A stretch of DNA of 64,000 nt from Anaeramoeba ignava BMAN (lineage: Eukaryota; Protista; Anaeramoebae), in contig JAPDFW010000053.1 in NCBI GenBank assembly GCA_028826165.1, positions 248,001 through 312,000 on the forward strand. Reading direction: 5' to 3'. Below, piece by piece: positions 33,501 through 46,400 of this stretch; positions within the stretch are counted from its first letter, which is position 1, and every line of letters begins with the position of its first letter. The notes under the pieces are model-generated. The model was not told the origin of the DNA and ran no database searches. It was given only the letters and a program-made list of their open reading frames with translations. Made by a program: the position numbers and the translations under genes.

Positions 33501-36500
33501 ATTTTGTAATTAAATTATATTTTGTAATTAAATTATATTTTATATTTAAATTATATTTTGTAATTAAATTATATTTTGTAATTAAATTATATTTTGTAAT
33601 TAAAATTATATTTTGTAAATTAAATTACATTTTGTAATTAAATTATATTTGTAATTTAAATTATATTTTGTATTTAAATTATATTTTGAAATTAAATTAT
33701 ATTTTGTAATTAAATTATATTTTGTATTTAAAATTATATTTTGTAATTAAATTATATTTTGTATTTAAATTATATTTTGTATTTAAAAATTATATTTTGT
33801 AATTTAAATTATATTTTGTAATTAAATTATATTTTGAATTTAAATTATATTTTTAAATTAAATTATATTTTGGTAATTAAATTATATTTTAAATTTAAAT
33901 TATATTTTTGAAATTAAATTATATTTTTGATTTTAAATTATATTTTGTAATTAAAATTATATTTTGAAATTTTAAATTATATTTTGTATTTAAATTATAT
34001 TTTGTATTTAAAATTATATTTTGTATTTAAATTATATTTTGTATTTAAATTATATTTTTGTGTATTTAAATTATATTTTGTATTTAAATTATATTTTGGA
34101 TTTAAATTATATTTTGTAATTAAATTATATTTTGTATTTAAATTATATTTTGTAATTAAATTATATTTTTAATTTAAATTATATTTTGTATTTAAATTAT
34201 ATTTTGTAATTAAATTATATTTTGTATTTAAATTATATTTAAATTAAATTATATTTTGTAATTTAAATTATATTTTGTATTTAAATTATATTTTGTAATT
34301 TAAATTATATTTTGTAATTTAAATTATATTTTGTAATTAAATTATATTTTGTAATTAAATTATATTTTGTATTTAAATTATATTTTGTAAATTAAATTAT
34401 ATTTTGTATTTAAATTATATTTTTTTTAAATTATATTTTAAATTTAAATTATATTTTGTATTTAAATTATATTTTGTATTTAAATTATATTTTTAAATTT
34501 AAATTATATTTTTGAATTTAAATTATATTTTGTAATTTAAATTATATTTTGTATTTAAATTATATTTTGTATTTAAATTTTTATATTTTAATTTAAATTA
34601 TATTTTGTATTTAAATTATATTTTGTATTTAAATTATATTTTGTATTTTAAATTATATTTTGTATTTAAATTATATTTTGTATTTAAATTATATTTTTGT
34701 ATTTTAAATTATATTTTGTAATTTAAATTATATTTTGTAATTAAATTATATTTTGTAATTAAATTATATTTTGTAATTAAATTATATTTTGTATTTAAAT
34801 TATATTTTGTATTTAAATTATATTTTAAAATTAAATTATATTTTGTATTTTAAATTATATTTTGTATTTAAATTATATTTTGTATTTAAATTATATTTTG
34901 TATTTAAAATTATATTTTGTATTTAAATTATATTTTGTATTTAAATTATATTTTGTAATTAAATTTATATTTTTGTATTTAAAATTATATTTTTGTATTT
35001 TAAATTATATTTTTGTAATTAAATTATATTTTGTAATTAAATTATATTTTGTATTTAAATTATATTTTGTATTTAAATTATATTTTGTATTTAAATTATA
35101 TTTTGTATTTAAATTATATTTTGTAATTAAATTATATTTTGTAATTAAATTATATTTTGAATTTAAATTATATTTTGTATTTAAATTATATTTTGAATTT
35201 AAATTATATTTTGTATTTAAATTATATTTTGTAATTTAAATTATATTTTGAATTTAAATTATATTTTGGATTTAAATTATATTTTAAATTTAAATTATAT
35301 TTTGTAATTAAATTATATTTTGGATTTTAATTTTTTGAATTTTTACTTTCTTAATTAAATTTATAAGTTTTTTTTTAGAAAGATCATCGTATTGAATTGA
35401 ATATCTAAATGCAATAACTGCATTGGAAAATGAATAGTATCCAAACCAATAAGAAAATCTTTCTAATGATCTTTCAAGGTTATTTGATTTTTGAAATGAT
35501 TCCCAATCAACTTCAAATGGAATTTCAGTTCCAAGAATTTCAGAAAGAGCCTTTTTTATAATTTATTAATAATTTTAATTTATAATTTATTAATAATTTT
35601 AATATATAAATTATTAATAATTTTAATATATAATTTATAAATAATTTTAATTTATAATTTATTAATAATTTTAATATATAATTTATAAATAATTTTAAAT
35701 TACTTTTTGTGATCTTGGAAACAATTTCTTCAAGAATATATTTTTATAAAACTTTAAAATATTTTAATTTGAAAAATCCAAATGATCCTTTACTAAATGG
35801 AGCACGAACAGTTAAAGTTGTTCCAATTAATTCAATTTTTTATTATTTTTAAAATTAAAATTAATTTAGAAATTGAATTTAAAATTGAAATTGATTTAGA
35901 AATTGAAATTGAATTTAAAATTGAAATTGAAATTAAAATTGATTTAGAAATTAAAATTGATTTAGAAATTGAAATTAAAATTAAAATTAAAATTAAAATT
36001 AAAATTGAAATTGAAATTGAAATTGAAATTAAAATTAAAATTAAAATTAAAATTAAAATTAAAATTAAAATTAAAATTAAAATTGATTTAGAAATTGATT
36101 TAGAAATTGAAATTGATTTAGAAATTGAAATTGAAATTGATTTAGAAATTGAAATTAAAATTAAAATTAAATTTGAATTAGAAATTGAAATTGAAATTGA
36201 TTTAGAAATTGAAATTAAAATTGAAATTGAAATTGATTTAGAAATTGAAATTAAAATTGAAATTGAAATTGATTTGAAATTTGAAATTAAAATTTTGAAT
36301 TTAGAAATTGAAATTAAAATTAAAAATTGAAATTGGGATTTAGAAATTGAAATTGAAATTGAAATTGAAATTGAAATTGATTTAGAAATTGAAATTGAAA
36401 TTGAAATTGATTTAGAAATTGAAATTGATTTAGAAATTGAAATTGATTTAGAAATTGAAATTGAAATTGAAATTGATTTAGAAATTGAAATTGATTTAGA

Positions 36501-37253
36501 AATTGAAATTGAAATTGATTTAGAAATTGAAATTAAAATTGAAATTGAAATTGAAATTGATTTAGAAATTAAAATTGAAATTGAAATTGAAATTGATTTA
36601 GAAATTAAAATTAAAATTGAAATTAAATTTAAAATTGAATTAGAAATTGATTTAGAAATTGATTTAGAAATTAAAATTGAAATTAAATTTGAAATTGATT
36701 TAGAAATTGATTTAGAAATTAAAATTGATTTAGAAATTAAATTTGAAATTGATTTAGAAATTGAATTTAAAATTAAATATAGAAATTGAAATAGAAATTA
36801 AATATAAAAAGTGATTTAGAAATTAAAATTAAATTAGAAATTAAAATTGATTTAGAAATTAAAATTGATTTAGAAATTAAATATAGAAATTAAATATAAA
36901 AAGTGATTTGGAAATTGATGCATAAATGATCAAAAACAAAAACAAAAATAAAAAGAGAAAAATACTTTTTCAACACAAGAAATTTCAACAGCATCAAGCA
37001 TTTTTTGAATATCACCACCTCCTCCAAATTTTAAACCAAGTTCTGAAAGGCATTCAACAAGTTTACCAAAAATAAAATAACCTTGAAAAGAATAAAGAGT
37101 TTCAATTGCTCTTTGTTTTCTTTTTGAGCTTTCAAATGTTTCCCATTTAATTTCTATTGTTATTTCTTTTCCAATTGTTTCTTTTAATTTTTGTTCATAA
37201 AATTCTTTTATTTTTCCAATTTGATTTTTTAATTCTTCTTCAGAAATTTCCAT
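30543..37253 (-). CDS. Multi-exon uncharacterised protein: two N-terminal internal repeats and a C-terminal hSac2/PH-like domain with a Pro/Leu-rich insert
   Basis: Exons at ~37253-36966, ~35830-35705, 35551-35349, 32765-32636, 32561-32376 and 32055-30543. Repeats LKETIGKEITIEIKWETF and LSEILGTEIPFEVDWESF; WNIKKINRRGTRQDRLMVLTDKALYTMKY is hSac2-like. Joining the exons into one gene is inferred. Confidence 0.6.
32060..32350. repeat. (AATTTT)n intronic microsatellite
   Basis: Direct reading. Confidence 0.9.
32770..35330. repeat. ~2.55-kb intronic satellite with 18-bp unit TAAATTATATTTTGTA(A/T)T
   Basis: Direct reading; it generates the spurious KLYFVI/KLYFVF ORFs. Confidence 0.97.
35850..36915. 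repeat. Intronic hexamer satellite (GAAATT/GATTTA/AAAATT)n
   Basis: Direct reading; it generates the spurious EIEIDLEI ORF. Confidence 0.95.
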
Positions 37254-37407
37254 TTAAAATAATTAAATGTTATTTTAATAATAATAAAAAATAAAAAAAA
37301 TGAAAAAAAAAATGAAAAAAAAATAAAAAATTTAAATCATTTTATGAAATTATTAGTAATTGATCCCTTTTTTATTTAGATTTTAATTCGAAATTTATTG
37401 ATGAAAT

Positions 37408-37495
37408 TGAAAGAAAGAAAGAAAGAAAGAATGAATGAATGAATGAATGAAAGAAAAGAAAGAAAGAATGAATGAATGAATGAATGAATGAAAGA
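37408..37495. repeat. (GAAA)n/(GAAT)n microsatellite
   Basis: Direct reading. Confidence 0.85.
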
Positions 37496-37504
37496 AGTTA
37501 TTTT

Positions 37505-38533
37505 AGTTTTTTTGTTCCACTTTTTTTTGCTTTTTTTGTTCTTATTTGAATTTTGATGTAACTTTTTCAATAACATTTTCAATCATAAATTCATTTTTAT
37601 CTGAAACTGCAAATTCAACTGAAAGGCCAACTAATTGTTTCTTAAAATTACTTCTTGAAGATGCAAAAAGCATTTTTTCTTTTGTTGGAGCTTTTTCAGG
37701 ATTCCTTTTTTTTTTTAAAAAATCAATTTAAAAAAATCAATTTAAAAATTATTTATTTATTTATTTACCATGAAAAGAAAACAATTTTGCTTCTTTTTGA
37801 ACCATCATCTATTTCATAATTCACACAATAAACTCCATATCTACATGATTCATCTGGAAAACTTGAAACAAAATCTTCAAATGTTTCTTCTTTTTCTCCA
37901 ATTTTCTCAATAATAATTCTTTTCAAATCATCTGATAATCGATAAATAAGATAAGAAATACTATTTCCCATTTTGAATTCATTAAATTTTTTGATACATT
38001 CATCTTCTGCTCTAATTCCTGCATCCATTTTAATTGTTGTTTTTCTTTATTAATTTTTTTTTTGGATTAAATAAATAAAAAAAAAAATAAAATTAATCAA
38101 AATTTTAATTATTAAAAAGATTAAAAAAAAAAAAGTAAAAAATTTACAATAAAAAAAGAATTGATTAAAAAAAGATTGAAAAATAAAAAAATCAAAAGAA
38201 AAAAAAAATGAAAATAATTTGAAAGAAAAAATTTTTCTTTCAAATTATTTTCTTATTAAAAAAGTTCTAATTTCAAATTATAAATATATTAATAAAAAAA
38301 ATAATTAATAAATTATAAATTCTTATCAATATTTTAAAATATAATATAATTTACTTTTAAATTTTATTAGTATAACTTTAATAAAATTGAATTAGATTTA
38401 ATTATTTTATTACAATTAAAAAAATTCACCTTTTTTTTATTTTTTTTTTTAATTATTTTTAATCATTTTTTATTCATAAATGAGTCATTAATGAATAAAA
38501 TTTAGATCAATTAAAAAAAAAGCAATTAAAAAA
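37505..38533. repeat. ~1-kb segmental duplication, copy 1 (cofilin plus ~500 bp upstream); copy 2 is at ~42240-43253
   Basis: Intron and upstream sequence are near-identical between the copies, e.g. aaaagttctaatttcaaattataaatatattaat and aaaatttagatcaattaaaaaaagcaatt. Confidence 0.92.
37542..38028 (-). CDS. ADF/cofilin, copy A (2 exons)
   Basis: MDAGI..FNEFKMG..YLIYRLSDD..FEDFVSSFPDESCRYGVY..RSKIVFFSW|NPEKAPTKEKMLFASS..GLSVEF..*. Confidence 0.92.
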
Positions 38534-38610
38534 TAAAAATAAAAGAAATCAATTAAATCTTTTCAATCAATTAAATATCAAAATCAAACAAAAATTTTCA
38601 TTTTTTTTTT

Positions 38611-38902
38611 TAAATATTTAACATATAAATATAAAAAATAAGAATTATTTTAATTTAATATTTAATTTATAAATTAATTTAAAAATATAATTTAATATTT
38701 AATTCCATTATTGAAATAATAATTTATTGATTTAGATTTAAATATTTTATTATTTAAATATTTAACATATAAATATAAAAAATAAAAATAGATTTAATTT
38801 AATATTTAATTTATAAATTAATTTAAAAATATAATTTAATATTTAATTTTATTATTAAAATAATAATTTAATGTTTTAGATTTAAATATTTTATTATTTA
38901 AA
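38611..38902. repeat. Two ~145-bp AT-rich direct repeats upstream of the BTB-TLDc gene
   Basis: taaatatttaacatataaatataaaaaata occurs at ~38611 and ~38755. Confidence 0.85.
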
Positions 38903-39319
38903 AATATTTTGAAAATTGATTTTTGAAATTAAAATTTTATCTTTTTTTTTGAATTAAATTGAATTAATATTAATTTGGAAATTTGTTTTTAAAATTTAAA
39001 TTTATTAATAATTTTTAAATTCCAAAAAAAAAAATTAAATTAAAAATTAAATTAAAATAATTTTCCTTTTTTTTTAATAAAAAAAATTAATAAAAAATAA
39101 TAATAATTTATTAATAAATTAATTTAAAATAATAAATTAAAAAGAAAATTAAATTAATTATTAATTTAAATTTATTCTCATTTTTTATATTTTTATTTAT
39201 TTTCAAAATCCACTTTTTTTATTCATTTTTTTTTAAATTTTTTTTTTCATTTTTTTCCTTTTTTTTAAAAACAAAAACAAAACAAAAACAAAAACAAAAA
39301 CACAAAAACAAAAAACAAA

Positions 39320-40978
39320 ATGGATAATAATAATAATAATAACCAAATTCAAAATGCAAATGAAAATCAAAATGAAAATGAAATGAAAAATTTAGAAAAA
39401 AAAGTAACAAAAAATTTAATTAAAAATTATTCAAACCTTTTAAATGGAAATTCATTTAAAGATTTTTCAATTTTTGTTGAGAATAAATCAAATCCTTTTG
39501 AAATTAAAGTTCATAAATCAATTTTATCTTCAAGATCTCCTTTTTTTAATGAGTCATTAAGGCAAGAATCTCTTTCTATTTCTTTAAATCAATTTAATAA
39601 AAAAGAAATGGAATCAATTTTGAGTTATATTTATTATGGAAATATTTCTTTTGAGAATCAAGAAAATCTTATTCAATTATTAGAAATTTCAATTTATTTT
39701 AAATTAAATTTATTGAAAGAAATTATTCAAAAATTTTAAATTCAATTAATTATTCAAATTTTTCCAATTTTTATTCCAAAATCGAAATTTAAATTCAAAT
39801 GAAATTGAAATAAAATGTTTTGAATTAATAAATCAAAAATTTTCCCAAATTCAGAATAATGAGAATTTATTCAATTTAACTAAAAGAAGAAATTATCAAA
39901 TTTATTCAATTTAAACAAGAAAAAGAAATTTTTCAATTTGATTTTTCAATTTTTAAATAATTGGATTGAAAAAAGAAATCAAAGATTAAAAGGAAAGAAA
40001 GAAAAAGAGAAAGAAAAAGAAAAGGGAATTGAAAAGAAAAGATTATTTCATTCTTTTTTTTCATTATTTGATAAAGATTCAATTTCAAAACAAGATTTTG
40101 ATAAATTAAAACAATTTGATTTTTTTCCTAAATCTTTTTTAGTTGATATTCAAAACAAAGTTATTCAAGATAATCAAAAAGAAATTGAAAACAAAGAGAA
40201 AGAAAATCAACAAATGAAAATTGAAATTGAAGATAAATGGAAGAAAGAAGTTGAAAATAAAAACAAAGAAATTGAAAACAAAGAGAAAGAAAATCAACAA
40301 ATGAAAATTGAAATTGAAGAGAAATGGAAGAAAGAAATTGAGAAAATGAAGCCTGTTTTTGATGAATATGAAAAAGAATTTGAAGAAATTCAAAAGAAAT
40401 TGGAACCAATCAAAAAGAATTTTCCTCAATTTTCAGAAACAAGAATTATTACAGAAGAAGAATATGTTAAGAAATTACAAGAATGGATAAATGATAATGA
40501 TTTTTTTTCTAAAATGAAAAAAGGATTTTCAGCAAAAAGAGATGGATTTAATTCTCAAAATTGGCATAAAGCAGTTGATGGGAAAGGAAAAACATTAATT
40601 ATTATCAAAACAAAACAAAATTTTATTTTTGGAGGTTTTACTCAAGTTGGATTTAAATATGTTCAATCAAGTGGAGAAAACAGTAATGACTCAAATGCAT
40701 TTATTTTTTCATTAAGAAATGATAAAGGAGATAGAATACCTGCAAAGTTTACATATAAACAAGGTCGTGCAATTTATTCTAATTTAAGTTATGGTCCAAT
40801 ATTTGGTAGTGGATATGATTTTAAATTAGAATCTAATTTACAACCTGGTTATTCGAATTTTGGTTATAGTTATAATCCACCTAATGGAATTACTTGGAAT
40901 ACAGATTCAGGTAAAAGTTATTTAGCTGGTTCTTATTCTTCATGGGAAGTTGATGAACTTGAATCTTATTTCATTTAA
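39320..40978 (+). pseudogene. BTB-(BACK-like)-coiled-coil-TLDc protein, intronless, with the reading frame broken several times between 39735 and 39945
   Basis: BTB FKDFSIFV..IKVHKSILSSRSPFF..ILSYIYYG; TLDc FSAKRDGFNSQNWHKAVDGKGKTLIIIKT..IFGGFT..AFIFSL..GPIFG..YLAG..EVDELESY. May be an intact gene with sequencing errors. Confidence 0.8.
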
Positions 40979-41659
40979 AAATTAATTAATAATAAGAAAA
41001 TCAAACTTTTTTTTTTAATTTTTTTTTTTCAAAATTTAATTCAATTTTAATTTACTTTTAATCAAATTAATTTCTTTAAAATAATAAATAAGAAACAAAT
41101 TTAATTTTAAATAATTTAATTTTAATTTAAAATATTTATTAAAAATTTAATTAATAAAAAATAATCCAAAAAAAAAAAATAATAAATTTTAAAAATTGAA
41201 TATTTTTAATATAATAAATAAAAATAAAAATTGAAAATAGAAAAAATAATAATAATAAAATTTAAATTCATTAATTAAAATATTAAAATAAAAATCAAAT
41301 AAAATTTATTATTAATTAATATTTAAATATTAATAAATTATAATCAAAATCAAAAATAGAATAATTAGTAAATTATTTTTAGAAAGTTTATCTTATTCAA
41401 TCATGTTAAATTCAATTTATTTAAAATTTTTTAATTTTTTAATTTTATTTTTAATATATTTTATTATAATTAAAATTGGAATAATAAATAATTAAAAAAT
41501 ATTAATATAATAAATAAAAATATTATATAAAATTAAAAATAAAATAAATTTAAATTAAATTATTATTAATTATTATTAAAATTAAATATTTATCTTTATT
41601 AAAATATTTATTCAATTTTTTTAAATTATTTTAATTTTATATTAATTAAAATAAAAAAT

Positions 41660-42135
41660 AATAATAAAATATATAAAAATAATTGATATAAATTTAAATT
41701 TAATATTCTTTATTCAATTTTTGAAATAAATTAATAAAACTAAATTTAAATTAAATTATTATTTTAAATAAAAATATTAATAAAATTAAAATATTTAATT
41801 TTATTAAAATATTTTATTCCATTTTTGAAATAAATTAATTAAAAGTAGATTAATTTTATTAAATTATTTTATATTATTTTAAATAAAGAAAAGTTAATAA
41901 AATATATAAAATATAATTAATTTGAAATTTAATTATTTAATATTCTTTATTCCATTTTTGAAATAAATTAATGAAAATATTTTATTAATTTTATTAAATT
42001 ATTGAGAATAATTTTATATTATTTTAAATAAATAAATATTAATAAAATATATAAAATATAATTAATTTTAAATTTAATTATTTAATATTCTTTATTTCAT
42101 TTTTGAAATAAATTAATTAAAAAGATTTTATTAAT
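41660..42135. repeat. About four degenerate 110-140 bp AT-rich direct repeats downstream of the BTB-TLDc gene
   Basis: Core ttattccatttttgaaataaattaat (with variants) at ~41710, ~41815, ~41947 and ~42092. Confidence 0.8.
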
Positions 42136-42267
42136 TTTATTAAAAAATAAAAATAAGAAACAAAATAAAATTCAAAATCATTTTTATTTATTTTTTGAAA
42201 TTGAAAAGAAGAAAAAAAATTTTTTTCCACTTTTTTTTTCCACTTTTTTGTTCCACTTTTTTTGTTC

Positions 42268-42750
42268 TTATTTGAATTTTGATGTAACTTTTTCAATAAC
42301 ATTTTCAAAAGTAATTTCACTTTCATCTGTTGCTTGAATTTCAACTGAAAGACCAACTAATTCTCTTTTAAATTTACTTTTTGAAGTTGCAAAAAGCATT
42401 TTTTCTTTAATTGATGCTCCTCTTGGAATCCTTTTTTTTAAAAAATCAATTTAAAAAATCAATTTAAAAATTATTTATTTATTTATTTACCATGAAAAGA
42501 AAACAATTTTGCTTCTTTTTGAACCATCATCTAATTCATAATTCACACAATAAACTCCATATCTTGATTTCTTTTCAATAAAATTAGAAACAAAATCTTC
42601 AAATTTTTCTTCTTTTTCTCCAATTTTCTCAATAATAATTCTTTTCAAATCATCTGATAATCGATAAATAAGATAAGAAATTTGATTTCCCATTTTGAAT
42701 TCATTAAATTTTTTGATACATTCATCTTCTGCTCTAATTCCTGCATCCAT
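42268..42750 (-). CDS. ADF/cofilin, copy B (2 exons)
   Basis: Same structure as copy A; exon 2 reads IPRGASIKEKMLFATSKSKFKRELVGLSVEIQATDESEITFENVIEKVTSKFK*. Confidence 0.92.
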
Positions 42751-43443
42751 TTTAATTGTTGTTTTTCTTTATTAAATTTTTTTTTGGATTAAATAATTAA
42801 AAAAAAGAATAAAAAATTAATCAATATTTTAATTATTAAAAAGATTAAAAAAAAAAAGTAAAAAATTTACAATAAAAAAGAATTGATTAAAAAAAGATTG
42901 AAAAATAAAAAAATCAAAAGAAAAAAAAAATGAAAATAATTTGAAAGAAAAAATTTTTCTTTTAAATTCATTTTCTTATTAAAAAAGTTCTAATTTCAAA
43001 TTATAAATATATTAATAAAAAAAATAATTAATAAATTATAAATTCTTATCAATATTTTAAAATATAATATAATTTACTTTTAAATTTTATTAGTATAACT
43101 TTAATAAAATTGAATTAGATTTAATTATTTTATTACAATTAAAAAAATTCACCTTTTTTTATTTTTTTTTATTTAATTTTTAATCATTTTTTATTCATAA
43201 ATGAGTAATTAATGAATAAAATTTAGATCAATTAAAAAAAGCAATTAAAAAAAGATTTAAAATTTAATTTTGATTTTTGATTTAATTGAATTTTAATTTT
43301 CTAAATTAATTTTTTGTTTAAAAAAAAAAAAGGAAAAAAATTTGAAAAGAAATTAAAGAAAAGAAAAGGAAATTATTTTGTTGAATTTGTTGATCAAAAA
43401 AGAAAATTGATTTTTGTTTTTGTTTTGATTTGTTTTTTTTAAA

Positions 43444-46400
43444 TCATTTTTTATGAGATTGTTGAGTAAGAAATCTCATAAAATCGATATATTTGAAATT
43501 ATGATCGATTTTATCTTCAACAAAATGAAGCATAAATTCTTTTTCTTGAGGATCACCACCTCTAATTATTTGTAAAGAAGGTTCTCTTACTCTTCTTGAT
43601 TTAAGTTGTGAAATAATTTGATTAATTTTTTGTGAAAGTTCTGTTTTCAAAAGAGGTAAAGAAGCCTAAATAATTTTAATTTTAATTTTAATTTTAATTT
43701 TAATTTTAATTTTAATTTTAATTTTTATAAATGAATTTTATAAATATAAATGAATTTTATAAATATTTAATTTTAATTTTAATTTTAATTTTAATTTTAA
43801 TTTTAATTTTAATTTTAATTTTAATTTTAAATGAATTTTAATTTAATTTTAATTTATAAATTAATTTTATAAATATAAATGAATTTTAATTTATAAATGA
43901 ATTTTATAAATATAAATGAATTTTAAAGAAAAAAAACCTTTAATGGTTCAATTTGTTCAATTTGTTCAATATTAAAAACATCTTGCAAATATTGATCTTC
44001 TAAAGCAATTCCAGCCCAAATATAAATATCTAAACCATCATCTAATAAAAATAAACCTTTTGAATTTAAAGAATCTGTTGATAATTTTAAACCTTCAGGT
44101 GTTAAAATCATTTGAGTTGGTTGATGAATTTTTCCCATTTGTTCTGATAAATTATGAAGGGATAAAAGTCGAGGATAAAACAACAAAGGAGTTAAATGAA
44201 CAGGAAGAGATAAAATATAATTCATTAAAGCAATTTTGTGGTCGAGATTAATTGGATTACTTTTTATGAAAAAAAATTTGAAAATATAATCAAATTAATT
44301 TTGAAATATTTAAATATTTGATATATTTTTTTTTTGTACATAATTCGAAATATTTTATGTTTAAGTAAACCAAGACAATATAAAGGAAGATTTGCTAATC
44401 TTTCAGGAAGAATAATCTTTCCATATTGAGATTGAGTACAAAATTGACGATAACTTGAGATAATATTAACACATTGTTGAATTATTCTATCCTGGATTTG
44501 TCGAGTTGGATGAATAGTTAATTCACTAATTGCTTTTTTAGCAAAAATATTCAAAATCATTTCTTGATCTGCAGATTTCATAATTTCAGATAAATTCGAA
44601 GAAACTTGAAGAGATAAATTATAAACGCGGATTCTTCTTTGCATTTCTTTTGTTGTATAAAGCATTGCAAATTGGAGATAAACTTGTGAATTTTGAGGTA
44701 AATCTTGGTCATGATCAAGAATAAAAGAGATTGATTGTTCAGTACTAATTGCAGCTGCATAAACTTCAGGATCTGTTTTTTTCAGACTTGAATAAACTTT
44801 TGTAATTGATATACCTTTTATAAAGAACAACAAGATGAAGTTTTAAATTTTAAATTTTAAATTTTATATTTTATATTTTAAATTTTATATTTTATATTTT
44901 AAATTTTATATTTTATATTTTAAATTTTAAATTTTAATTTTTAAATTTTAAATTTTAAATTTTATATTTTAAAAAAGTTTACCAGGACTAGTTCTTAATC
45001 TCATAACAGTAGAAAATGCTGTTGGTTTAGAAATTATTTTGCTAATTTGACTTTGTAAATATTCGCCATCTTTTTCATGAATAAATCTTTCATAATAATA
45101 AACATCACCACCAGTAATTCTTGATAATTGAGCTAAACATTAAATATAAATATAAATATTTAAATATTTTAAACATTTAATATAAATTTTTAAATATAAT
45201 TTACTAATTGTTGCTAAATCAACATAATTATTTCTTAAAATAATCATATCAACTGAAATATTATGATCAAGACACCAATCACCAAGTTGAGAATAAAATT
45301 CATTTTGAGGAAGAAGTAATTCTCTTTCCTTTTCAATACTTTGGAAATGTCTATAAATTAAAGGACCTTCACCAACAGAAGAAATAGTATGATTAAAAGA
45401 GATAATTTTGCCTCCAGTTTTTTGCTAATTTTGAATAATTTTAAATAATTTTAAATAATTTTAAATAAATATAATAAATAATTTTGAATAATTTTATATA
45501 ATTTTAAATAAAAATAATTTTATATAATTTTATATAATTTTAAATAATTTTAAATAATTTTAAATAATTTTATATAAAAATAATTTTATATAATTTTATA
45601 TAATTTTAAATAATTTTATATAATTTTATATAAATTTACAAGCATAAGTGAAGCTGCTTTAATTGCAGAACCAATAGTACATGATTGTGTTGTCGAAGGT
45701 TGAACAATTTTTGGTAATGAATCAAGTAAAGCCTCAAAAGAATCACGAGACTCAGAAAGATTACACATTTTTGTTTCAGGAAGAGGAAGAAAAACATCAT
45801 CAACATCAGAAACAACAAGCATTTGAACATTAGAATCATCTGAGAAATCATAGAAATTAATATAATTTCCAAAAGTAACAAGACCAACACGAGCAGAGTC
45901 TGGGAATTGATCAAGAGAGTTCTTGATGCCTTGGATAATATCATGGAAAAGTTGCAATTCAAAAGTGACTTTATTCGCCTCAATAACAAAAATATAAGAA
46001 GGAGGATGAATTTTTTCGTTTGGAAGAAAATAATCAGGAGAAGCAATAAATTCAACAGAACCGCGGGAGAGTTCTGGTCTTGAATTGATATCACTGCGGA
46101 CGTTATTCGCATCAACATTGGCAAAATACTCATTGGGAACATTATTTATCATGTTACATAACGGACACTGCCATTCATAACCGAGCTTAAGGAATTTCGC
46201 AAACGGAGAAATATAACCGCCGCAACGACTGCAGCGAATTGGGCCCTTTTCTCCAAAATCAACAACATTGATGGGGTCGTCTTGGGGATGTCCAAGTGCT
46301 AACGGTTCTATTGTGATCGCAAAAGGAATTCCAGTTGTTTTTAAAAGACCGTTTGTCAACGGAACTTGGTAGAGTGTTGAGCGAATAAATGCTGGGGAGG

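Noticed and set aside
32770-35330. Possible CRISPR array or telomeric tract
   Set aside because: No unique spacers, no cas genes, eukaryotic intron context and no G-rich strand.
32727-36330. KLYFVI-repeat and EIEIDL-repeat ORFs
   Set aside because: Translations of intronic satellites with unit lengths divisible by three.
38540-42230. Autonomous transposon around the BTB-TLDc gene
   Set aside because: No transposase, reverse transcriptase, clear terminal inverted repeats or short target-site duplication was visible; kept only as a cassette hypothesis.
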